The position numbers and the translations under genes were made by a program. From Chloroflexota bacterium (GTDB taxonomy: Bacteria; Chloroflexota; Anaerolineae; B4-G1; SLSP01): a DNA stretch of 64,000 bases. Positions 41,147 through 48,831 of this stretch are shown in pieces. Position 1 is the first letter of the stretch. Each line of letters starts with the position of its first letter. The stretch is taken from NCBI GenBank assembly GCA_029555965.1, contig JAKQHY010000129.1, positions 1,375 through 65,374 on the forward strand, read 5' to 3'. Under the pieces are notes generated by a model. That model saw only the letters and a list, made by a program, of their open reading frames with translations. It was not told the DNA's origin and ran no database searches.

Positions 41147-42984
41147 ACGTTATCCTCCACATCGGCAGGCGGGTGTAAAGGTTGCGTGCGTCGAATCTGG
41201 CGACTCTCCCCCAATCCCAGACGGATCAGACCATCGGAGGCGCGCAGTGACCGCCCCAACTCGCGGATAGCCGTCTGCAAAATCGTGTCCACATCCGTGT
41301 GCCGGCGAATCTGCGCCGTGATGTCGGTCACGCGCCGCTCGCGCGCCGCTCGCTGCGTCATCTCTTCTATCAGGTGAATGCTCTGCAACACCAGTGCGGC
41401 CTGATCGGCCAGACTACGGTACACCCGCCGTTCCCGCTCGGTGAAATGGTAGGGAGTGCGTTGCGCGGCAGCCAGCAGCCACCCCCACAACTGCCCCCCG
41501 GCCACCAGCGGCACCAGGATGAACGCGCGAAGGCGCAGGATTTCTTGGTACACCTGCCGCGAGGTTTCGTCCAGATGCGGGGCGACAGCAATATCGTCCA
41601 CCGCCAAAACCGTAGTCGTCGTCTGCGCCATCGCCGGGATTTTCGCCACCTCCCAGCGGTCCCCCAGCAAAGGAGACCGGGCCTTGCCCGCATCCCAGGC
41701 GGCTCCCAGGCGCACCAAAGCGCCTGGCCCTGCCGTGCCCGGCTCGATCAAAGCCAACGCGCACCGGTCAATCTCCGGCGCGATCAAATAATCCACAAAT
41801 GCCCGCAGCACTTGTTCTTCTGAGCGCGCCACCCCCAGCGCCTGGCTGCACCGATACAAGACGCCGACTTCCTCCAGCGCCGTCTGCATCTTGCTGAACA
41901 GGCGGGCGCTTTCCATCGCGCGTCCGGCTTCATCCACCACGGCCCGCGCCAGGTCCAGATCGTCAGAGTTCAGCGCGTCGGCATCCGCGAAAATTTTCAA
42001 CTCGCCCATCGCCTCACGCCCCCCCCGGAGCGCCAACACCCATGAGGGAGGGCGGTCGCCAAGGTCCAGTTCGGCGGCGGCTTTCACTTCGATGCCATCA
42101 TATCCGTATCCCCATTGCTGCCGCTCCTGCGTCAAACGGCCCCACTCCTCCTCCCCCTGGGTGCGGAGCAAACGGTTGATCTCGTTGATTTGGGCCTCGG
42201 TCGTGGCCTGGATATGCGCGGTGCGCCAAATCAGGCTCAATTCATCGGCCAGCATTTGCAACAGGGCACATTGCTCTGGAACAAAAGCGCCGGCCCCTTC
42301 CGAGTGGACATCCAAGACCCCAATCACATCGCCCTGCGCGCGCAAAGGGAAGAGCGCTTCAGCGCGGGTTTGCGGGAACGGGAAATCTTCAGGCGCAAAT
42401 AGCGGAAGAGAAGCCATGAGGCACTGCCCCTGCGCCAGCACTGCGCTAAAATCCGCAGATTCTGCCAACGTCACCTTGTAGCCTTCCTCCAATAGATGCC
42501 GCCCCACCGTCGAGGAGGCCGCGCGCAACAAAGCCGTCTGCCGCGACTCATCCAACAGAAACAATCCCACGTGATAGAACCCCAATTGTTCGGATAGATG
42601 GCGAACCGTTGCGTTCAGCCACTCTTCTGCGGTGAGCGCCGTTGCGATTTGCTGCGAAACCCGCGCCGCAGCCTCCACCCGCGCAGTTTGCCGTTCCACC
42701 CCTGCGGCTTGCGCCGCGACCTGTTCCTCCAGGGTCGCCAACCGGGTTTGCCAATGGGTGGACAATGCCGCCAATGCCCGCGCCAACGCGCCCACTTCAT
42801 CCGAACGTTTTTCGGCGGGAAGCGCCCGCCACTCGCCCGCCGCAAGGCGCGCAGCAGCAGCGGTCAAAGCGCGCAGCGCACGCCGCTCATTGCGCACCTG
42901 GACCAGAGTGACGCCGAAGGCCACCCCGACGACGCCCAGCGCCAACACACCGACGATCAGTAAGAGATTCAACTCTCCTAACAT
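41143..42984 (-). CDS. TM-HAMP-GAF-short core-full GAF-tail protein (member 18)
   Basis: Start re-assigned to ATG 42984 (GGAGG SD). HAMP SDEVGALARAL; an extra complete GAF lies before the tail. Confidence 0.85.
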   Translation of the reverse strand: MLGELNLLLIVGVLALGVVGVAFGVTLVQVRNERRALRALTAAAARLAAGEWRALPAEKRSDEVGALARALAALSTHWQTRLATLEEQVAAQAAGVERQTARVEAAARVSQQIATALTAEEWLNATVRHLSEQLGFYHVGLFLLDESRQTALLRAASSTVGRHLLEEGYKVTLAESADFSAVLAQGQCLMASLPLFAPEDFPFPQTRAEALFPLRAQGDVIGVLDVHSEGAGAFVPEQCALLQMLADELSLIWRTAHIQATTEAQINEINRLLRTQGEEEWGRLTQERQQWGYGYDGIEVKAAAELDLGDRPPSWVLALRGGREAMGELKIFADADALNSDDLDLARAVVDEAGRAMESARLFSKMQTALEEVGVLYRCSQALGVARSEEQVLRAFVDYLIAPEIDRCALALIEPGTAGPGALVRLGAAWDAGKARSPLLGDRWEVAKIPAMAQTTTTVLAVDDIAVAPHLDETSRQVYQEILRLRAFILVPLVAGGQLWGWLLAAAQRTPYHFTERERRVYRSLADQAALVLQSIHLIEEMTQRAARERRVTDITAQIRRHTDVDTILQTAIRELGRSLRASDGLIRLGLGESRQIRRTQPLHPPADVEDNV

Positions 42985-43009
42985 CTCCACCTCCGGCGCC
43001 GCCCGCAGA

Positions 43010-45235
43010 TCATGCGCGTGAAACCTCGCCGGCGCCACTGACCTCAATGGTCGTCAATTCGGCTTGCAACAGGCGGCCCAGGGCCTGCACCGTTGTCTTC
43101 ATAATCACGTCCGGGTCCAAAGTCGCACGCAATTGCCCACCGATCTCCCCCACCAGACGGTCACGCGCGGCGCGGTCGCGGGTCTCTTCCAACAAACGCG
43201 CCACCTCCAAAGCCTGGGCGATCCCTTGCGCAGCCTGCTGCACAAATTGCATTTCCTGCGAAGTCCAGGGGTGCGTCGCTGGACGATTCAAACGCAGAGC
43301 GCCAAAAGTTCGCCCGCCCAGCATCCGCAACGGCGACACTAATGTGTTGGCGGCAGTGATATGCGTGGACTCCACAGTGTCGGACGGCATCTCGGTGAGA
43401 TAGGGGATCGGGCGGGTTTCTTCGGGCGTATAACGGTAGCCCAGCAACGCCGAAGCGCGCGCGCGCCATCCCTGTTCTCCCGTTTCCCCATACGCCCGCT
43501 GCAATTCTTGCAACGCCCGCTGACTATCCTGAAATAGTTGCGCATTCTGAATCGCGATGGCGATTTGATCGGCCAGCACCCGCAACGTTTCCACATCTTC
43601 CGTGGAAAAAGCGTTCGGCGCTTCGCTTTGAATATCCAGAACACCCAGCAGACGGTTGCCCACGCTCAGCGGCAGGGCCATTTCCGATCGGGTGGTCGGC
43701 AAATCAAGGCTTTTCATCCACACCGCATCCACATCTACATCCAACGCGATGCGCGGACGCCCGGTGCCCGAAACATACCCCACAATGCCCTGTTCCCCCA
43801 CCCGCAAGCGATGTCCACGCGCTAACATATTCCGCCCCCCTTCGGAAGATGCGGCGCGCAAAACGGCCCATTCCCGGCTTTCGTCCAACATAAAAATGGC
43901 AATGTGATAAAAACCAAACCGGTCGGTGATCAAATGCGCGACGCGCGGCAGCAACTCTTCCACATCCAGGATGGCATTGGCAACTCGGCTGACCTGTCCG
44001 GTGACTGCCAGATATGTGGCGCGCTGTTCCAACTCGCGGGTGCGTTCCGCCACCCGCGACTCCAAGGAGTGAATCAATTCCCGAAGTTGCGTCGTCATAC
44101 TGTTAAAGGCCCGTCCGAGCATACTCAACTCGTCCGGGCCTTCTGCGATCACGGCGCGGCTGAGATCGCCTGCGGCGATGGCATTGACTGTTTCTGTCAT
44201 GCTCGCAATAGGACGAAAAGCCTGACGCAGCGTCAAGAAAAACGCCAGGGCCAACATGGCCACGCCAACCCACCCCACCAACCACGCAGACTGCATAAAG
44301 GAACGCATTCCAGATAGCAGTTCTGCTTCCTGCTGCTGCACCACAATCCCCCAGCCGGGGCCGCCCTCGCGAACCACCGCCCACCAACGGGCATCATCCG
44401 TCGCAAATTTTACCCATGGGCCGCGCCCGGCGCGCAAGGCCTCTACGGGGGCCGTAGTACTCATATCGGTCAACGGTGTTGTAGCGTGCAGGTCCGGGTG
44501 CGCCAGCAGGCGATTTTCGCTGTCCACAATATAAGTGTAGCCAGTATTGCCGACTTGACGAGTCCGCACCTGAGCGGCCACATCGGACAAAGCGCAGGCA
44601 AACATCCCGACGCCCACCAAGTTTCCCTCCCTATCACGGATAGGCATGGCGCCGATCAACGCCGGAGCATTGATTGCAGGATCCAGGGCAACCTGAAAAA
44701 CCTGGGGGGCGCCATCCAGCACCGCCTGAAACCAATCCTGAGCGGCGTAGTGTTCCGGTGGGAGCGCGTCGCTGCGGGTCACATTCATTCCGGTCAGGTC
44801 TAACGTACTCACCAAGTACATGGTGGGGTGAGTCTCCGCCATCATTTCCAGAAGGGCGCGCTGCTGCGCCGGATCCATACTAACAATGGCCGGATCGGAC
44901 ACCAATCGGCTCAAGACGCCTGCGTGAAGGTCAACCCACACCTCGGCATTGGAAAGCAATGCAGCGTTCAAAACTTCCAGGCGCTGGGATTCCTGCTTCT
45001 CCACCACACGCACCGCCGAGACTGTCACCCAGACCACCCCACCCGTTAGAATCGGCGCAGTGATCGCCAATAGCAAGAAGGTCAGGCGCGTGCGCAACAG
45101 CCAGCGTTGCCGCCCGGTGCTGGCGGGATGTCGCAGATTCAATAGCACGAGATAGGCCAGCAGCACTGCTTCCAGGAAAAACGACGTCCAGGCGAACCAT
45201 TGCAATATCTGGCTAAAGGATGGTGTCAGGGTCAT
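43010..45235 (-). CDS. Sensor with dCache_1, HAMP, GAF, split-GAF module (member 19)
   Basis: Start ATG 45235 (ATGA overlap, GGAGG SD); QDWF dCache; HAMP PDELSMLGRAFNSM; GAF; tail. Confidence 0.9.
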   Translation of the reverse strand: MTLTPSFSQILQWFAWTSFFLEAVLLAYLVLLNLRHPASTGRQRWLLRTRLTFLLLAITAPILTGGVVWVTVSAVRVVEKQESQRLEVLNAALLSNAEVWVDLHAGVLSRLVSDPAIVSMDPAQQRALLEMMAETHPTMYLVSTLDLTGMNVTRSDALPPEHYAAQDWFQAVLDGAPQVFQVALDPAINAPALIGAMPIRDREGNLVGVGMFACALSDVAAQVRTRQVGNTGYTYIVDSENRLLAHPDLHATTPLTDMSTTAPVEALRAGRGPWVKFATDDARWWAVVREGGPGWGIVVQQQEAELLSGMRSFMQSAWLVGWVGVAMLALAFFLTLRQAFRPIASMTETVNAIAAGDLSRAVIAEGPDELSMLGRAFNSMTTQLRELIHSLESRVAERTRELEQRATYLAVTGQVSRVANAILDVEELLPRVAHLITDRFGFYHIAIFMLDESREWAVLRAASSEGGRNMLARGHRLRVGEQGIVGYVSGTGRPRIALDVDVDAVWMKSLDLPTTRSEMALPLSVGNRLLGVLDIQSEAPNAFSTEDVETLRVLADQIAIAIQNAQLFQDSQRALQELQRAYGETGEQGWRARASALLGYRYTPEETRPIPYLTEMPSDTVESTHITAANTLVSPLRMLGGRTFGALRLNRPATHPWTSQEMQFVQQAAQGIAQALEVARLLEETRDRAARDRLVGEIGGQLRATLDPDVIMKTTVQALGRLLQAELTTIEVSGAGEVSRA

Positions 45236-46908
45236 TGCGCCTCCCACTGCACCGGTGTCAGATAAATCTGCACTTCATGGGCATCCAACACCCGCCCCAG
45301 TTCTTGGACACTGCTTTCCATAATGGCTGCCGTGCTCGGGTTGCGCCACACAACATCATCCAGACGCCCCAACTGCTCCTGGTAGAACGCTTGACGCCGG
45401 GTCTGCACCAGCAGGCGTGTATTGTCCAACGCGAGCGCCAACCGTTCAGCAGCCGCCTCGATAAAAACGCGCGTCTCGGCATCCCAGTCGCCCTGTTCCA
45501 CCGAGCGGGTAAAAGCCAGATAGCCCAACGGGACATCCCGCGCAATCAAAGGGACCACCAGCAGGTAATCATCCGTTCCCTCAACGGGGGGGCATGAGCG
45601 TATTGCGCGATCTCGTAACGCCTCAGCCGCTAAAGTCTGGACCGCAGCTTCCGGCAACGCGCCGGCGGTATAAGACAGCTTTAACTTTGCCTCCAATAAC
45701 GAGCGCCACCCGGCCGTTGTGTATTGGCTGTACAACGTTCGCATCTCCTGAAGCTGGCCGTTGATCTCTTCCAGCGCGGCTAGCATATCCAGAGAGGCGG
45801 TTACATAGCCGGCAACGACCCGGAAAAGTTGCATATCACTGTCGGAGAAGGTGGCTTCGGTGCTGTGAATATCCAAAACACCGAGCAACTCACCGCGCAC
45901 CACCAGGGGCAAGGCCATCTCCACCCGGCTCAATGGAAACTCCTCAGCCTCATCTGGAGAGAGCACCCGCACCTGTTCGCGCCCGGTTTGCGCCACTTGT
46001 CCTAGCAGTGAGCGCTCGCCAACCCACACAGAAAATCCCTCCGCGACCAGCGCCTCCCCCTGCGCCCCAGCGGCGGCGGCCAGAATCAAGGTTGAACCGG
46101 TGCGGTCGGTCAAGAAGACATTGACTTGATACAAGTCGAGGCTGCGTTCCATATCTCGCACCGTGCGCCACGCCACCATTTCTCGCCGCCGCAGGGAGGC
46201 CAGCGCATTGCCAAATTCGGCCACCCACTGCATCCGCACCGCGTGCAAGTAGGCGTACTCAGCATTTTGCTCGGCTTGCATCCGTTGTGTATCTAACTTA
46301 TTCGCCAGGTCGTGGCTCTTGATCAGCACTTCCCGGAAACGGGATACCAGTTGATTCAAAGAGGTGATCACGAAGGCGCTGACAAACAATAACGTCAAGG
46401 TGTAGCTAAACCAGGCCATAGGTTTATGGGACAAGACCTGAACACTGACCGGTATCTTCAAGATCTCCAGCGAGAATAACCCGGCAAACTCGCTCATTGT
46501 CAACATAGAGAGCGCCAACGCGACAAATCCGGCCCGCCGCCCCAGAAATACCACGGCCATCAAAGGTAACATCAGCAAAAACAAGCGCACATTGCTCGAT
46601 AGTCCCCCGCGAAAGACCGATAACAGCGCAAGGCCATAGGCCAGTGCCAATAAAGCGCCGATTCGCACATGGTAGGGGATGCGCCTAGCCACATAGAGGA
46701 TTCCCAAGGCGCAGAACAAAACGACATACGCCAATCCATACATCCAGTTGCCATCGGTCGCAACATAATACCCACCCACAATCAACGCCGGGAATCCTGC
46801 CAGAAAGAGTACGCGCATGACATGGGTCAACAGCGTATGCCGCAACTCCCGGATTTCGGAATCCGCCGCGGCTACTTCCGGCGCGTTCTGCTTCTGTTCG
46901 TCTCTCAA
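45232..46908 (-). CDS. Multi-TM (MASE-like) membrane sensor + divergent GAF + split-GAF module (member 20)
   Basis: TTG start with GGGAGG SD; about 6 TMs; GAF (SRVEMALPL...GVLDIHS); divergent tail. Confidence 0.85.
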   Translation of the reverse strand: MRDEQKQNAPEVAAADSEIRELRHTLLTHVMRVLFLAGFPALIVGGYYVATDGNWMYGLAYVVLFCALGILYVARRIPYHVRIGALLALAYGLALLSVFRGGLSSNVRLFLLMLPLMAVVFLGRRAGFVALALSMLTMSEFAGLFSLEILKIPVSVQVLSHKPMAWFSYTLTLLFVSAFVITSLNQLVSRFREVLIKSHDLANKLDTQRMQAEQNAEYAYLHAVRMQWVAEFGNALASLRRREMVAWRTVRDMERSLDLYQVNVFLTDRTGSTLILAAAAGAQGEALVAEGFSVWVGERSLLGQVAQTGREQVRVLSPDEAEEFPLSRVEMALPLVVRGELLGVLDIHSTEATFSDSDMQLFRVVAGYVTASLDMLAALEEINGQLQEMRTLYSQYTTAGWRSLLEAKLKLSYTAGALPEAAVQTLAAEALRDRAIRSCPPVEGTDDYLLVVPLIARDVPLGYLAFTRSVEQGDWDAETRVFIEAAAERLALALDNTRLLVQTRRQAFYQEQLGRLDDVVWRNPSTAAIMESSVQELGRVLDAHEVQIYLTPVQWEAQ

Positions 46909-46932
46909 CTCTGCCTCCCTAAAAACTCGGTC

Positions 46933-48831
46933 CTAATCCTCCCCCGGCGGCGCCAGGGACACCAGCACACTCTCTGCCTGTACAGCATCCTGGAGCAACT
47001 GCGCGGATTGCGCCACCATCGTTTCCAGATCAGGAATGCGCAACACCTGTTCGCCAAACTCCCGCAGCCAGCGTTCGCGCCCCACGCGGGTCTGCGCCTC
47101 ATGCAACAGCCGGATCCGCTCCAAGGCCACCGTCGCCAGATTCGTGAGCACGCGCTGAAGCTGCCCCTGGAGTGGGGTAAACTGATGCGGGGTGTTGTAG
47201 GTAATCAAAACCACCCCAAGACACTGTGATTCCATCCGCATAGGCGCCAGCGTCAACGCCAAAACGCCCAATTCGGCGGCAAGATTGGATAATAACCGGT
47301 CCACATCCGCGCTGCCAGAATGATAGGGCATACTCAAATCACCGATTACCAGAGAGGATTCTAACATAGCCCCAAAATTAATGAGATCTCCGATGTGGTG
47401 TATGGCCGCTGCCGTGATATATTGTTCATAAAAACTCATGTCGCCGCCGCGCATTTCGGCTACCAGGTATGCTTGTTCTGCCGGGGGCGTGTGCGAATTG
47501 GGTAAACGGCTTTGGCGGAAGATAAACACTCGCGCCGGGTTAAAGTCGCGCAACGCCCCCAACATCGCGGCGTAGATCTCGCGTTCGGTGCGCGTGGTCG
47601 CCAGTTGATGCGCAAGCCGATACAAGGGGCTGGCCGCCTCCAGGACGGCGGCTTCGTCCCCCAAACGCCGCGCATTGTCCACCGCCACCGACAGCAGCCC
47701 GGCCAGGCCCTGAAGGGCATGCACATCATCCTGATCAAAAATAACTTCTTCGCCGCTGTACACATCCAACACCCCAATCAGCCGGCTGCCCACCATCAAC
47801 GGCAAGGCCGCCTCCGAGCGCACTACGGCCAAGTCCACTTCTGTCGCATAGGCCACATTGCGCCGGCCTTTGGTCACAATACACGGCTCTTGATTGGCTA
47901 ACACCATCCCCACCGCATTCAGGTCGCCGACGCGCCAACGTTGTGAGCGCATGGTCATGCGCCGACCGCCTATTGAGGCAGCCGCATGAAGCTGAACCGA
48001 TTGGCCCTCATCGTCTGTCAAAAAAATCGCCGCGCGGTAGAAATCAAAGTGCTGCACAATGAGGTTCACAGCCTGTTCCAACAGAATTTCAGCCTCAAAA
48101 ACCGTTGCTAACGCCTGAGAGACCTGGGTGCTGGCCTCCAAAAACATAGCCCGTCGCTGCAAATTGGTATTGGCCTCCTGAAGCGTCCGCGTCCGTTCGG
48201 CTAAAACAGCTTGCTGTTCTTCCAGGGAAATAGAAAGAGCCGCACTTTTTTGCAATGCAGTAAGCAAACGAGGAACCAGATAATTGAATGAGGCATAGAG
48301 TCCAATCGTCACAGCGACAAAAATAACCAGCCCAACGAGTAAAGAAAAATGAGGATAGGCGGCTGTCGGATAGAGAGGCGGAACAAATACTCCGGTCACA
48401 ATACCCACAACGAACAGTCCCAGAACAACACAAATCCCGATCAACACACCCAGGCCATGACGCCCACCCAGGAAAAGGGTCGCAAACAGCATGGCGCCCA
48501 GCCAGTAGATGCGCACATCCCGCCCCCAACCGTAAGTCAATAAATCCCCTAACCCCAACCCCAGAAGCACTGCTAAAAAAGCCCACACCCGTAGAGGATA
48601 AGGGATCTGCGGAACAAAAGCCCCGATAATAATCACGCTATAGGCGCCCAGGATGACCGGCGTCAGCCAGAGCGCCTGAGTCACATAGACATAATACAAA
48701 GCGAGCAACACCACCGGAAAAGTTGCCGCCGTAATCATCCGCAACGTCCGCGCAAACAAATTGCGCTGCCAAACGCCCATATCCTCTCTGGACATCAGCG
48801 CATCGGCAACCGGCACTTGTTTCTTACTCAC
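46933..48831 (-). CDS. Multi-TM membrane sensor + GAF + second full-length GAF + tail (member 21)
   Basis: Start re-assigned to GTG 48831 (GGAGG SD, overlaps the kinase TAA). About 6 TMs, two GAFs, tail RVGRERWLREFGEQV. Confidence 0.83.
   Translation of the reverse strand: MSKKQVPVADALMSREDMGVWQRNLFARTLRMITAATFPVVLLALYYVYVTQALWLTPVILGAYSVIIIGAFVPQIPYPLRVWAFLAVLLGLGLGDLLTYGWGRDVRIYWLGAMLFATLFLGGRHGLGVLIGICVVLGLFVVGIVTGVFVPPLYPTAAYPHFSLLVGLVIFVAVTIGLYASFNYLVPRLLTALQKSAALSISLEEQQAVLAERTRTLQEANTNLQRRAMFLEASTQVSQALATVFEAEILLEQAVNLIVQHFDFYRAAIFLTDDEGQSVQLHAAASIGGRRMTMRSQRWRVGDLNAVGMVLANQEPCIVTKGRRNVAYATEVDLAVVRSEAALPLMVGSRLIGVLDVYSGEEVIFDQDDVHALQGLAGLLSVAVDNARRLGDEAAVLEAASPLYRLAHQLATTRTEREIYAAMLGALRDFNPARVFIFRQSRLPNSHTPPAEQAYLVAEMRGGDMSFYEQYITAAAIHHIGDLINFGAMLESSLVIGDLSMPYHSGSADVDRLLSNLAAELGVLALTLAPMRMESQCLGVVLITYNTPHQFTPLQGQLQRVLTNLATVALERIRLLHEAQTRVGRERWLREFGEQVLRIPDLETMVAQSAQLLQDAVQAESVLVSLAPPGED

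Noticed and set aside
61-48831. Chemotaxis (MCP) cluster
   Set aside because: The Cache/HAMP inputs look MCP-like, but no methyl-accepting hairpin signature and no cheA/W/R/B genes are present.
61-48831. Array members as pseudogenised (truncated) histidine kinases
   Set aside because: Twenty-one different architectures end at the same conserved tail with intact frames and tightly coupled downstream starts, which points to selection rather than decay.
61-48831. Phytochrome/cyanobacteriochrome photoreceptor GAFs
   Set aside because: No conserved bilin-binding Cys (CH or DXCF motifs) is seen in the GAFs.
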